Positions 20,801 to 30,426 of a stretch of 64,000 nucleotides of DNA are shown here, one piece after another. Under the pieces are notes generated by a model. The model was not told where the DNA came from and did no database searches. It saw only the letters and a list, made by a program, of their open reading frames with translations. Made by a program: the position numbers and the translations under genes. Location: the NCBI GenBank assembly GCA_965277285.1, contig OZ255721.1, positions 576,001 to 640,000 of the forward strand. The letters run 5' to 3'. Every line of letters begins with the position of its first letter. The stretch's first letter is position 1. Origin of the DNA: Abditibacteriaceae bacterium (lineage in GTDB: Bacteria > Armatimonadota > Abditibacteriia > Abditibacteriales > Abditibacteriaceae).

Positions 20801-23020
20801 ATCGGCGCGCGCCGCAAAACGCGAGCGTCCGCTGGTTATGCCAATCGCCAGGTCACAAGCGGCAAAGGCAGCGCCCGCATCCGGCGAATCGGACGCAAAA
20901 GCAACGCGATCTCCATCCGCCTGCATTTCGCGGATCGCCGCCACTGCGCCACTTTCGGCACCCGATTCGGGCTGATGTTCCGAAGCCGCGGGCAACGTTT
21001 CCCCACCTAGGCGGTGCGCAATGGCTGCAATGGATTTTTGCTGCGCGTGCGGTGTCGCTGCGTCGGCGAACAACACCAATTTGACGCCGTGACGCTGGCA
21101 AGTCTCGACCAATTCGCGCGTTGACGCGGACAACTTGGGGCGCAACACAAAAAGAGCCAGCGGCTGCGCGCTTCTGTCCGAGCGCAATACCAGTTCATAT
21201 TCGCCTGATTGGATGCGATGAGAAGACGGAATATCGGCGGGTTGAGCCTCGCCCAATGTGTATCGAGTACTCGATACCGTGGCGGACGCGATTCCGCCCT
21301 GCGCCTTGAAGCTGCCGTTTTGCGCGGGCGCACGATTGGCGGCGGGAAACACACCGCCCCACGGCGTTCCACTGGCGGCGGCGATGCCAGCGGCCAGCGA
21401 AAGCAGTTCCGCAGCGTCACCTTTTTTGTCCAGCAAAATGATGCGCGATAGTTCCAATCCGTCGCAAAGAATGCGCGCTCCGTCCATCAACAGCCAGTCG
21501 AAACGGCGCAGAGGCCGTCCAAGGCGTGTTCCGACAACCGTCACGCCGCCGCGCAAGACGCGCGCTGAAGCCGCCGTATTCGCACCTTCGCTACCGATGA
21601 GCGCCGCGCGCGGGTTCAACAGCAAAAGCGATTCAAAGGCGCGAGCAGGTGACAGCGTAAAAACGCCGGTTAAGGCGGCATAGCCCAATGACAGCGGCCC
21701 CAGCAGGCGCGAGTAACGATGTTCGAGTGCTTCGCGCGGCGGAACCGGACGCGCCTGCGGCTCGAAAGCCGAGCCAGCTTGCGGCAACAACGTGAACGGC
21801 CCGCCCTGCAATCGTTCGCCCGACTCGATGCGCGACTTCGGCCCGATCGGATGCGGCAATCCGTTGCGCCCGATGGCGTGACCTTCGCCTTCCTGCAAAA
21901 TTCCGCTCAGTGGCGCGCGCTCGCCCGCTTCCATGCGGAAAGGTTCGCCGGCGCGCGCTTCGGGCAAAATATCGGTTTTTTCGCGGTAGGTTTTCCAGGC
22001 GGCGCGGCGCGACAAAACTTCGGTCAGCAAGCCCGCGGCTTCCACACCTGCCAGCGTCAAACCGAGAGGGCTGCCCGCAAAAGTGAGCGAAACGATGTTG
22101 GCGCCATTGAAAAGCAAATCGGCGTTGTGCGTTCCCAGCAAGCGGCGCGCGCCATTGCGAAAGGCGGGAAATCCTTGCACGATGCCGATGGCGCCGCTGA
22201 CCTGCGAAGCCGTGCCCGCACCCGGCAAACTTCCCGTCGCGCCCGCCGCCTGACGCGCCGCCAGAACGCCCAATCCAAGTGTTGCAGCGGCTGTACGTGT
22301 CGCGCTTTGCACCAGCGGCGCCGGATCAAGCGGGTAAGCGGGCCTGTCCTCGCCGGGCAATTCCGGCATTTCAATGTCGGCGACCTGCGCGATCAGGTCG
22401 GCTAATTCAGTCTGATACTCGTTGAATTCGACCAGCACGCGCCCCGTCAGCGGATTGGCGCGCGCTTTGACGCCAGGCGTGCGCTCCAAATGCTCTTCAA
22501 CGCGCTTTGCCACCGCCGGGTCTCGATCCAGCCCACGAACCGCGATGCGCGCTCGTCCCCGTTTTGGACTGGCGACGCTTGCCCTTGCGTCGTTTCGAGT
22601 ACTCGAATCAATTGGCGGCGCAGGTACCGTTTCGCTGATGGCTGGCGGTGGCATTGGATCAGGCTGATTTTTGGGCGCGGGTTCGGTTTTTCCAGTCGGG
22701 CTTTGCAACGGCAATCCCGAAGGCAATTCTGATGGCAAGTTGCGCCAAACGCGGCGCACACCGGAAAGCAAGTCATCGGCGCCCGTCAGGGCCGGATCAT
22801 ATTTCAGCAGGACGTTTCCCGTGACAGCATTGGCCTCGGCGCTTTTTACACCGGGCAAAGCGCGCAGATGCGCCTCGATTTCACGCCGCCCGCGACCCGA
22901 CCAGGCACCCAGACTGAAGCGCACTCGTCCGCGCAAGGCGTGAATAGTTTGTGGCTCGAACGTATCGGGCGCGGCAGCGGAAATAGTGACAGATGGCGAG
23001 GCAATAGCGAGAGATGTCAT
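17834..23020 (-). CDS. Very large P-type ATPase (CtpH/CtpI-like) with N-terminal HMA2-like repeats
   Basis: C-terminal half has DEAALTGES, VPEGLP, DKTGTLT, KGA, MLTGDH and TGDGVNDAPAL. N-terminus has GRVRF..ANAVTGNVL repeats. Middle region is a degenerate ATPase. Start taken at MTSLA. Confidence 0.88.
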   Translation of the reverse strand: MTSLAIASPSVTISAAAPDTFEPQTIHALRGRVRFSLGAWSGRGRREIEAHLRALPGVKSAEANAVTGNVLLKYDPALTGADDLLSGVRRVWRNLPSELPSGLPLQSPTGKTEPAPKNQPDPMPPPAISETVPAPPIDSSTRNDARASVASPKRGRARIAVRGLDRDPAVAKRVEEHLERTPGVKARANPLTGRVLVEFNEYQTELADLIAQVADIEMPELPGEDRPAYPLDPAPLVQSATRTAAATLGLGVLAARQAAGATGSLPGAGTASQVSGAIGIVQGFPAFRNGARRLLGTHNADLLFNGANIVSLTFAGSPLGLTLAGVEAAGLLTEVLSRRAAWKTYREKTDILPEARAGEPFRMEAGERAPLSGILQEGEGHAIGRNGLPHPIGPKSRIESGERLQGGPFTLLPQAGSAFEPQARPVPPREALEHRYSRLLGPLSLGYAALTGVFTLSPARAFESLLLLNPRAALIGSEGANTAASARVLRGGVTVVGTRLGRPLRRFDWLLMDGARILCDGLELSRIILLDKKGDAAELLSLAAGIAAASGTPWGGVFPAANRAPAQNGSFKAQGGIASATVSSTRYTLGEAQPADIPSSHRIQSGEYELVLRSDRSAQPLALFVLRPKLSASTRELVETCQRHGVKLVLFADAATPHAQQKSIAAIAHRLGGETLPAASEHQPESGAESGAVAAIREMQADGDRVAFASDSPDAGAAFAACDLAIGITSGRSRFAARADVLAPDAGAIAAIIEAGARRDLASRDGVAFSLIANVVGLLWGWRGGTGLARASRAVYVAALAALGSAWWRENGGERAYSMLARVVDPRPEKWARRSLRDVLHALDTTRRGLTEGRAQERLRTLPPPVSMQQHGWRENLLLQLRSPLNGVLLLGGALSFVVGGTIEAALIGGTILFNSAIGAWQQGQANRAAQALEQMSSPQVRVLRDGEPKIVSSREVVPGDVMLLASGDRVGADARVLEAQSLEVDEAALTGESLPVTKTPDGADDNNRILLEGSDVTTGAGQAVVVAVGRNTRMGAMAAAMAVGEDGTSPLDQRLNAMLRQSLPWSIGAGVLVTVSALLRGQTLISQAALGASVAVSAVPEGLPLLAKMGEAAVAKRLSGHNAVVRRLSAVESLGRVDVACTDKTGTLTQGKLALSVVADAQSQASLPAPGSEENVVLPPHLLQVLECAGLASPHPDAPDAAAHPTDVSVTQGALRAGLGEAIRIQREAESPFDPVRGFHASQNGVRLCVKGATEALIARCDRVRRQEHDEPLDDAGREALSQRSQELASQGLRVLMVAQGDSTSFTDSEQQKDAVSDPRGLVALGFVGISDPLRENVPQAVQRCHAAGVRVIMLTGDHPATARAIAREAGLFDWHDGNQSEVSEEERILTGSELAELVNGELDAALERAVVVARATPLDKVRIVESLQRKGHTVAMTGDGVNDAPALRLADVGVAMGRGGTEVARQAADVVLSDDDFSTLVEALVEGRSFWRNIRRALGLLIGGNLGELSLQVGASLIGLTPPLTTTQVLAVNLITDVLPAVAVALQGPESRNLSSLSREGTAAFDAPLRSDVLRRGGSTAIPSILVYILSSAVGGQAQGRSVAFISIVATQLAQTLDAGRTEGGITRPVMSAVVGSLSLLGVALATPGLRDLFALVIPTPVSWALIGAGVLASVALSRTLPTLGSGVETNALPQLAAPATATVPSSLALPPPALPPGRVLLALPA

Positions 23021-23258
23021 CGGGAATTGGGGAAATATCAACGGCAAAGACGCTAAAGAAACAGGCGAGACAAATACCTGTGCGACTTTGTGTGAAAAGC
23101 AGCGACACGTTTTATGGAGTTCGATTATCTTGCTCAATCTCGATCTTTGAGATGTGATAACCAAACATCATAAAGCGTGTCGCTGTGAGGTTTGACGACG
23201 TTTTTGGTCAGAGGAATCGCGTATCGAGTACTCGATATGCGGAAGAGAATCGAGTGTT

Positions 23259-23609
23259 TTAACTGCGGCGAAGGCTTTGGGCTTCGGCCCAGACATCTTC
23301 GGCTTCTTCGCGGACGCGCGAGGCGAAACGTAGCAGGTTGTGTCCGGCTTCGGCCACGAAACGTCCGGTGCGCTCGCCCCATTCATCGACTTTGGCTTCG
23401 GCGCGCTGCATCCGCTCCGACTGGAGCCATTCTTCTTCGATTTCGGTCGCTTCGCTTTCGGCTTCCTGAAAAGCCGAAGTCGCTTCTGCAACTCCGTCTT
23501 CTACGCTTTGCGCGGCCTTGCTTTCCATCGTTTCCGCTTCGCTGGGCGACACGTCAGGCATTTCTTCCGCTGCTGGCGCCTGAACGGTCGAGTGGTTGGA
23601 ATTATCCAT
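23259..23609 (-). CDS. Hypothetical acidic helical protein
   Basis: 116 aa ORF overlapping the upstream gene, with GGAG SD. Ends SRVREEAEDVWAEAQ. Confidence 0.7.
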   Translation of the reverse strand: MDNSNHSTVQAPAAEEMPDVSPSEAETMESKAAQSVEDGVAEATSAFQEAESEATEIEEEWLQSERMQRAEAKVDEWGERTGRFVAEAGHNLLRFASRVREEAEDVWAEAQSLRRS

Positions 23610-23931
23610 CGGCGTTCTCCTTCGCGGTGCGACGACGACGGCTCCGAGGCGCCTCTTCTTCGACTTCTACACCATCGGTTACGACGATGATGGCGGGCGT
23701 TTCCTCGTCTTCCCCATCCTGCGCCATTTGCGCGGCTTCGTCGTTCGCCTGCTTCATTCCACGTCCCATGCCGCGCGCCATGGATGATGCGGTGTCGCCT
23801 GCCACCATCACGCCCGCCATGCCATAAACGAGACCGCGACGCAACATTTTGCGCAACCTGGGCGAAGCCAAAAGTGCTGTGGCGGCGACCGCTACGCCAA
23901 TTTCCGGTTCAAGATAATCGTCAAGTGCCAT
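23602..23931 (-). CDS. Hypothetical protein (DUF5132-like)
   Basis: MALDDYLEPEIGVAVAATALLASPRLRKMLRRGLVYG. Strong AAGGAG SD. First gene of the ATPase cluster. Confidence 0.7.
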   Translation of the reverse strand: MALDDYLEPEIGVAVAATALLASPRLRKMLRRGLVYGMAGVMVAGDTASSMARGMGRGMKQANDEAAQMAQDGEDEETPAIIVVTDGVEVEEEAPRSRRRRTAKENADG

Positions 23932-24160
23932 TTTCGTCTCCTTTGCATTTACTGTGAGCAGGTCAAGACATAACCCAATCTTAAACTGCTTTTATTGTAC
24001 TTTTTACATTACTCGTCCATTCAACGAGTATCTTCTTGACATAACGTTTCCCACTTCACTTTGTCCCTTCGCTCAAAGAGCGCGTTTGGTAGAGCATATT
24101 GCGCGCCGCCAAAGGTTACTGCCGTACATTGTCGCGCCAGGGGAACATTGAAAGGATGCC

Positions 24161-24607
24161 ATGAACACGTCTCGCTCGCGGAACCTTGTTGCCAAGCCTC
24201 TTGCTATCACGCCTTCAATTGCAAAACCTTCTCTTGCCAAGCGGCCTCGCGCGGCCCCGCATCGATGGGTCAGTGCGTGCGTTGAGGAAACACGACAACT
24301 CATTGTCAAGCCGCGTTCGTGGCGCGAATGGATTGAAATTGCTCTCGATGCGCTGGGATTGGTGCCTAGTTGCCTCGTCGTCGCGGAAGCCGCCAGATTC
24401 GGCGTGGCCTTATTGCAGCGCGATTTCAAAACGCTGAGCGGCAGCTTGCTGCGTGCTCTTCCCTTGCAACGATGGCCGTTGGGACGCTTGGGCTTGCTCG
24501 TCCTCAAGATCGTCGACAAAGTCCGTAAATTGCTGGCCGTTGCCCAATTCAGCTCGCGTGTCGCCGTCCGCGCTCAAGCCACGACGCACACTTTCGCTCT
24601 CTCGTAA
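24161..24607 (+). CDS. Hypothetical basic protein
   Basis: ORF with AAAGGA SD filling the gap. No recognisable motif. Confidence 0.4.
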   Translation: MNTSRSRNLVAKPLAITPSIAKPSLAKRPRAAPHRWVSACVEETRQLIVKPRSWREWIEIALDALGLVPSCLVVAEAARFGVALLQRDFKTLSGSLLRALPLQRWPLGRLGLLVLKIVDKVRKLLAVAQFSSRVAVRAQATTHTFALS

Positions 24608-24721
24608 TCACTTCGCGCAATACTCGAAACGTGTATCCAAAAATGGTGCGCGTCGTTTGGAAAAGAAGTTAAAGCAAATCGTGAAACTGCTAAACTAAAA
24701 CGGTTTGCAGAGGAGTTTGCT

Positions 24722-26008
24722 TTGACTTCCGTTCTTTCTTCCCCACGTTCCTCCCAACTTTCCGGCGTGCGCACTCATCAATTATCAAATGGCCTGACCA
24801 TCGTCGGCGAAGCCCTGGCCGACAAGCGCGCCGCCGCCTGGACGTTTCTTTTGCCCTCGGGCACCGCGACCGAACCCGACCATAAAGACGGTTTGACCGG
24901 TGTTTTGGAAGCCTTGAGTTATCGCGGCGCCGGACAACGCGACAGCCGCCAACTCAGCGACGCTCTGGATGATCTGGGCGTTGACCGCGGCGGCGGCAGC
25001 GATGTCGAATATACGACGTTTGGCGGCGCCACTCTGGGCGATTATCTCGAAGACGCGCTGCCACTTTACGCCGATATTATTCAGCGCCCGCAGTTTCTAC
25101 AAATCGAGTACTCGAATGACGAATTTGAGGCGCAACGCCAATTGGCTTTGCAATCTTTGGATTCGCTGGAAGATGCGCCGGCGCGCAAAATGTTCGTGCA
25201 ACTGCGTCGCGCTTACTTTTCCGATAATTACGGACGCTCGCCGCTGGGCACGCGCGAAGGTCTGGAATCGTTGACGCTGGACGATTTGCGACACGATCAC
25301 GCGCGGCGTTTTCTGCCGCAAGGCGCGATTTTGGCGGTCGCGGGCGGCATTGATTTCGACAAAATCGTGGCGCGCATCGAAGAATTTTTCGGCGCTTGGA
25401 AAGGCGTGCCACCGACTTTGGGGAAACCGCAGGCGATTGTTGAACCCGTCGTGCAACATATCGCGCAGGAAACTTCGCAGCAGCAAATCGGCGTCGCGTA
25501 TGCCGGTGTTGCGTCCGACGACGAATTTTTCTACGACAGCCGCATTGCGATTTCGGTTCTCAGCGGCGGCATGGGCGCGCGATTGTTCACCGAAGTGCGC
25601 GAAAAACGCGGTTTGGTTTACAGCGTTTCGGCCAGCGCGGGCAGCTTGCGCGGTTGCGGTTTCAACCTTGCGTATGCCGGAACGACGCCCGAACGCAGCC
25701 AGGAAACGCTCGATGTTTTGTTGAACGAACTGCGTCGCATGGCGCAAGGTGTCACCGAAGAAGAAGTCGAACGCGCCAAAATCGGCATGCTGTCGAGCTT
25801 GATTATGCAGGAAGAAAGCTCGCGCGCTCGCACCGGCGCCATCGCGCGCGATCAGTTCATTCTTGGCCGCGTGCGCCCCTTGGACGAAGTAACCGACGCC
25901 ATCAACCGCGTCACACCGCAAAGCATCGCCGCCTTTTACGAAGCGCATCCGCCGCGTGATTTCACAGTCGTGACTTTAGGGCCGCTCGAACTGGTCGTCA
26001 ATGCTTGA
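24722..26008 (+). CDS. M16 (pitrilysin) family peptidase-like subunit lacking HXXEH
   Basis: LSNGLTIV, YRGAG and LSGGMGARLFTEVREKRGLVYSVSA. The zinc motif position reads GVLEAL. Confidence 0.88.
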   Translation: MTSVLSSPRSSQLSGVRTHQLSNGLTIVGEALADKRAAAWTFLLPSGTATEPDHKDGLTGVLEALSYRGAGQRDSRQLSDALDDLGVDRGGGSDVEYTTFGGATLGDYLEDALPLYADIIQRPQFLQIEYSNDEFEAQRQLALQSLDSLEDAPARKMFVQLRRAYFSDNYGRSPLGTREGLESLTLDDLRHDHARRFLPQGAILAVAGGIDFDKIVARIEEFFGAWKGVPPTLGKPQAIVEPVVQHIAQETSQQQIGVAYAGVASDDEFFYDSRIAISVLSGGMGARLFTEVREKRGLVYSVSASAGSLRGCGFNLAYAGTTPERSQETLDVLLNELRRMAQGVTEEEVERAKIGMLSSLIMQEESSRARTGAIARDQFILGRVRPLDEVTDAINRVTPQSIAAFYEAHPPRDFTVVTLGPLELVVNA

Positions 26009-26037
26009 CAATCGAGTACTCGATTGTCGTCGAAACT

Positions 26038-26107
26038 GTAGGGGTTTGGCGTGCCAAGCCCTCTGCATAATATGAAAGTAACAAGGTTTGGCACGCCAAA
26101 CCCCTAC
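26038..26107. repeat. GTAG-type REP inverted pair
   Basis: GTAGGGGTTTGGCGTGCCAAGCC ... GGTTTGGCACGCCAAACCCCTAC. Confidence 0.78.
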
Positions 26108-26145
26108 GACTTTGATCGGTCAAAGCTGAGATTCAAACAAGCATT

Positions 26146-27063
26146 ATGGGATATTTATTGGCTGCACTGGTTGGCGGCGTGTTGTTTTTCAATTCGCAGG
26201 CGACGCCCAAGCGCGCGGCGCACGTCATGGAAGACGCGCTGCGTCGCCAATATCCAGGGACGCAAATCAACGTTCAGGTCGAAGGCAAGCGCGGCCTGAA
26301 TGTCATTCATGGCAAGTTCAAAACGGTGCGCCTGCAAATGAGCGGCGGAAGCGGCAACGGACTGAGCGTGTTGCCGATTGCCGCGGTCGCCAAAGCGAAA
26401 AACACCGGTCGCATCGGGCAAATGGCGCTGCAACTGCACGATTTTCAACTGGAAGGTTTGCAAATCGAAAGCGCTGACATAACGTGGAGCGATGTCGTTT
26501 ATGATTTCGATGCGCTGCGCAAAACCAACAAGCTGAACCTGCTGCAAACCGGCCCGGCGAATGCGCACGTCGTGGTTCCCGCCTCGTCGCTGCAAACGCT
26601 GATCGCGCAACGCGTCAAAGACATTCAAAGCCCGAAACTCACTTTGCAAAACGGGCGCGTCATCATCACGGGAACGCGCCCAGCGCCCATTTTTGGCACG
26701 CCTTTGCCCTTCACGATGTCGGCGCGCCCGATTGTGAAAAACGGCACGCAAATCTGGTTGAGCGATCCGCAGGCGAGCATTTCTGGCGTGAATTTACCTG
26801 CGACGATGGTCAACAATTTGGCGCAAGGCTTCAATCCGGTTTATACCTTTACGGTCGGCGAAAAATGGCCGTTTGCGATGAACATCACGCGCTTGAACGC
26901 GCAAAACGACAAGCTCGAACTCTTCGCTGACCTGACGTTTATTCCCGCGGCTGCCACAGCCACGCCACAAAGTACGCCGCAAGTCACACCAACACCGATT
27001 CCAACGCCAACACCTTTGCCAACGCCGAGCGCAACGCCTTCGATGGCCGCGTCGCCCGCTTAA
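26146..27063 (+). CDS. DUF2993/LmeA-like exported protein with Pro/Thr-rich tail
   Basis: N-terminal hydrophobic segment, beta-rich body and TPTP tail. Confidence 0.65.
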   Translation: MGYLLAALVGGVLFFNSQATPKRAAHVMEDALRRQYPGTQINVQVEGKRGLNVIHGKFKTVRLQMSGGSGNGLSVLPIAAVAKAKNTGRIGQMALQLHDFQLEGLQIESADITWSDVVYDFDALRKTNKLNLLQTGPANAHVVVPASSLQTLIAQRVKDIQSPKLTLQNGRVIITGTRPAPIFGTPLPFTMSARPIVKNGTQIWLSDPQASISGVNLPATMVNNLAQGFNPVYTFTVGEKWPFAMNITRLNAQNDKLELFADLTFIPAAATATPQSTPQVTPTPIPTPTPLPTPSATPSMAASPA

Positions 27064-27069
27064 TTTCCC

Positions 27070-28176
27070 ATGAATATCGAATCGAGTACTCAATCGTTGC
27101 GACGCACGTCGCTTTTTGAAACGCACCGCGAAAGTGGCGCGCGCCTGGTGCCATTTGCTGGCTGGGAAATGCCGGTGCAATATGAAGGCGTCATTGCCGA
27201 AGTGAAAACTGTGCGCGCCGCTTGCGGCTTGTTCGATGTCTCGCACATGGGACAACTGCGTTTTGAAGGCGCGGGCGTCACGCAGGCGCTGGACAATATC
27301 GTATCCGCCGATTGGTCGAATGTCGCGCCCGGACGCGCCGCTTACGCGCTGTTGTTGAACGAACAGGGCGGCATCATCGACGACATTATGGGTTATCGCT
27401 TGAGTCCTGATGCGTGGCTGGTCGTTGTCAACGCCAGCCGCGCCGATGTTGACGAAGCGCACTTTCGTCGTTATCTACCATCGGAAATCGAGATGAGCGT
27501 TGGCGGAGAACGCGCGGCGATAATCGCGGTGCAGGGCGCGACTTCCGCCCAAGTTTTACAGCAATTGATTGGCGAAAGTTTGGACGAAGTGGCGTGGCGC
27601 GACGTAATTTTGTTGGGTGGAGGAACCGAAGCGGTTTTGGCGCGCGGCGGCTACACGGGCTGCGACGGCTTTGAACTTATGCTTAATGCGGACGAGGCGC
27701 CGCGCGTGTGGAACGCTTTGTTGAGTTGCGGCGGCGTTCCGTGCGGTCTGGGCGCGCGCGATGTTTTGCGATTGGAAGCCGCGCTGCCGCTTTATGGTCA
27801 CGAACTGCGCGAAGATTGGACGCCGGACGAAAGCGGCGTCGCGTTCGCGGCCAAAAGCGACAAAGCCGAATTTATTGGACGTGATGCATTGGTCGAAAAA
27901 CGCGCGCAGCAAAACAGCGAAACAAAAACGATTCGCGCCTTGAAAATGCAGGGCAAAGCGATTCCACGCGATAGTTATCCAGTACTCGATTCGTCTGGCG
28001 AAGCAATTGGCGAAGTGACTTCCGGCACGCTGTCGCCGACTTTAGGTTGCGGCATTGCGCTGGCGAGCGTGCCGCGCCATTTAGGAATCGGCGATAAAGT
28101 TTTTGTCGAAGTGCGCAACACACAACACGCGGCGACTGTTGTCAAACCGCCGTTTGTGGCACGAGGAAGAAAGTGA
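27070..28176 (+). CDS. gcvT: Glycine cleavage T protein (aminomethyltransferase)
   Basis: FAGWEMPVQY, GLFDVSHMG, GGIIDD, GYTGCDGFE, GLGARDVLRLEAALPLYG and VTSGTLSPTL. Confidence 0.95.
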   Translation: MNIESSTQSLRRTSLFETHRESGARLVPFAGWEMPVQYEGVIAEVKTVRAACGLFDVSHMGQLRFEGAGVTQALDNIVSADWSNVAPGRAAYALLLNEQGGIIDDIMGYRLSPDAWLVVVNASRADVDEAHFRRYLPSEIEMSVGGERAAIIAVQGATSAQVLQQLIGESLDEVAWRDVILLGGGTEAVLARGGYTGCDGFELMLNADEAPRVWNALLSCGGVPCGLGARDVLRLEAALPLYGHELREDWTPDESGVAFAAKSDKAEFIGRDALVEKRAQQNSETKTIRALKMQGKAIPRDSYPVLDSSGEAIGEVTSGTLSPTLGCGIALASVPRHLGIGDKVFVEVRNTQHAATVVKPPFVARGRK

Positions 28177-28180
28177 AAAT

Positions 28181-28258
28181 GTAGGGGCGTCAGCTTGCTG
28201 CACCCTTTACTAAGAATCAATAACTCAAATTACGGGCGCAGCAAGCTGACGCCTCTAC
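28181..28258. repeat. GTAG-type REP inverted pair
   Basis: GTAGGGGCGTCAGCTTGCTGCACCC ... GGGCGCAGCAAGCTGACGCCTCTAC. Confidence 0.78.
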
Positions 28259-28270
28259 GATGGAGCGATT

Positions 28271-28651
28271 ATGAATTATCCCGAAAACTTGAAGTACACG
28301 CGAACCGACGAATGGGTTTTGGTCGAAGGCGAAACGGCGACGGTCGGCATCAGCGATTACGCGCAGCACGAACTGGGCGACATCGTTTATCTGGAATTGC
28401 CTGAAGTCGGCGCGAAAGTTTCGGCTGGCGTTGCCTTTGGCGTTGTCGAATCGGTCAAAGCTGTCTCCGATTTGCTGTCGCCAGTCACGGGCGAAGTCGT
28501 GGAAAGCAACACGCCCGCAACGGAAAATCCTGATGTCATCAACACGGAACCGTATGGCGCAGGCTGGCTCATCAAAGTGAAATTGAGCGCCGATTCGCCG
28601 ACTGAAAACCTCATGACATCCGCCGAATACGCGGGACATCACGCTGCGTAA
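28271..28651 (+). CDS. gcvH: Glycine cleavage H protein
   Basis: VGISDYAQHELGDIVY, lipoyl motif VESVKAVSD and PYGAGWL. Confidence 0.96.
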   Translation: MNYPENLKYTRTDEWVLVEGETATVGISDYAQHELGDIVYLELPEVGAKVSAGVAFGVVESVKAVSDLLSPVTGEVVESNTPATENPDVINTEPYGAGWLIKVKLSADSPTENLMTSAEYAGHHAA

Positions 28652-28674
28652 ATAGGCAGAGTGTTAAGACAGTT

Positions 28675-29016
28675 TTAGGGATATTTCTCGACGAACTTCT
28701 CGATGGCGTCTGATACTTGCGCAATTTTCTTATTAACATCGTGATCTGTTTCGCTTGGTATCATGTTCAAGATTTCGTCTAAATCTTCTTGCATTTGCTC
28801 GTATTGCGCTTCCTGCTGTGTGCTCAAAAAGCGAGTGTGAAACATCCAGCCGTAGATGCCGCAGGTGACAGAACAGGGAATCTTTCCGCAGTCGCGCTCC
28901 AACGTGATGCGTGCGCCAAAGGGATGTTCGTCATCGCGTAAAATAACACCGTTTCCGCTCCCGCGTTGACCGATACTGGCACCATTATCGAAAGCGAACC
29001 ATTCCATATTCTCCAT
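28675..29016 (-). CDS. Hypothetical protein inserted antisense within the gcv cluster
   Basis: 113 aa globular-looking ORF (GARITLERDC..TCGIYGWMFHTRF) filling the gcvH-gcvPA gap. Confidence 0.7.
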   Translation of the reverse strand: MENMEWFAFDNGASIGQRGSGNGVILRDDEHPFGARITLERDCGKIPCSVTCGIYGWMFHTRFLSTQQEAQYEQMQEDLDEILNMIPSETDHDVNKKIAQVSDAIEKFVEKYP

Positions 29017-29078
29017 TGTACTAAATGCGAGGACGCTATCTTGGGTCGTTCAATTGAGTACTCGATTCTAAATTTCCT

Positions 29079-30425
29079 ATGCCTTATTCCGCTCTCACTG
29101 AACACGACCGCGACCAAATGCGCCGCGTTATCGGCATCGAATCGGTCGATGAACTTTTCGCCGACATTCCCGAAGATTTGCGTCAGAACGCCGCGCCAAA
29201 AATCGGCGACGCTTTGCCGGAACTTTCGGTGCGCCGCAAAATGAACACGCTGGCGGCGAAGAACCTTTCGCTGGAAAATGCCGCGTCGTTTCTGGGCGCG
29301 GGCAGCTACGATCATTTTATCCCCGCCGTTGTTCCCGCGTTGGCCAGTCGCGGCGAATTTGCGACGGCTTACACGCCGTATCAGGCCGAAACGTCGCAGG
29401 GCACCTTGCAGGTGATTTACGAGTTTCAAACTTTGCTGTGCCAACTCACGCAAATGGAAATGGCCAACGCCAGTTTGTATGATGGCGCGACCGCTTTGGC
29501 TGAAGCGTTGATCATGGCGATGGCAATTACCAAGCGTCGCAAATTTCTGCTGCCGCGCACGCTTTCGCCGATGTACCGCGAAGTGGTGCGAACTTATTTG
29601 CAAGGTCTGGATGTCGAAACTGTGGACATCGAGTACTCGAATGGCGCGACAAGCATCCAAGATTTGCAAGCGCAACTTGATGAAACCGTCGCTGCAATAG
29701 TCGTCGCGCAACCGAACTTTTTCGGCGTTGTGGAAGACGCGCAAAGTTTCGCGGATGCGGCGCATGAACGCGGCGCGTTGGTGATTTCTGTTTTCAATCC
29801 TCACACGTTGGGCGTTTTGCCGCCGCCAGGAAGTTATGGCGCCGACATCGCGGTGGGCGAAGGTCAAAGTTTGGGAATTGCGCCGCAGTTTGGCGGGCCG
29901 GGCGTTGGCCTGTTTTGTTGCCGCAAGAACCACGCGCGTTTCGCGCCCGGGCGCTTGGTCGGAACCACGACCGACGAGCAGGGCAGAAGCGGTTTTACCC
30001 TGACTTTGCAAACGCGCGAGCAGCACATTCGCCGCGAAAAAGCGACTTCCAATATCTGCTCGAACCAGGCGTTATGCGCGCTGACAGCAACAATTTATTT
30101 ATCGGCGATGGGTTCGCACGGCCTGCGCGAAGCCTCAACGCAAAGCCATCACAAAGCGCATTATTTAGCGCAAAATTTGAGCGGAATTGAAGGTGTCGAA
30201 CTGTTATTTTCATCACCGTTTTTCCACGAATTTGTGGTGAAACTTCCGCGTCCAACTGAGGAAATCAACGCGAAGTTAATTGAGTACTCGATGTTGGGCG
30301 GCTTCGACCTTGCGCGCGATTATCCCGAACTTGGCCACGCGATGCTGTTGTGCTGCACGGAAAAACGCACGCGCGAAGAAATCGATGCTTTTGTCGAAAC
30401 CTTGCGCGATATTCTGGAAAAATGA
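29079..30425 (+). CDS. gcvPA: Glycine dehydrogenase subunit 1
   Basis: FLGAGSY, TAYTPYQAETSQGTLQVIYEFQT, NASLYDGATA and REQHIRREKATSNICSNQAL. Confidence 0.96.
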   Translation: MPYSALTEHDRDQMRRVIGIESVDELFADIPEDLRQNAAPKIGDALPELSVRRKMNTLAAKNLSLENAASFLGAGSYDHFIPAVVPALASRGEFATAYTPYQAETSQGTLQVIYEFQTLLCQLTQMEMANASLYDGATALAEALIMAMAITKRRKFLLPRTLSPMYREVVRTYLQGLDVETVDIEYSNGATSIQDLQAQLDETVAAIVVAQPNFFGVVEDAQSFADAAHERGALVISVFNPHTLGVLPPPGSYGADIAVGEGQSLGIAPQFGGPGVGLFCCRKNHARFAPGRLVGTTTDEQGRSGFTLTLQTREQHIRREKATSNICSNQALCALTATIYLSAMGSHGLREASTQSHHKAHYLAQNLSGIEGVELLFSSPFFHEFVVKLPRPTEEINAKLIEYSMLGGFDLARDYPELGHAMLLCCTEKRTREEIDAFVETLRDILEK

Positions 30426-30426
30426 A

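Noticed and set aside
24722..26008. M16 protein lacking HXXEH as a novelty or pseudogene
   Set aside because: Non-catalytic M16 subunits are common and the ORF is intact.
26960..27060. ACGCCA-like repeats at the end of the DUF2993-like gene
   Set aside because: They encode an ordinary Pro/Thr-rich tail.
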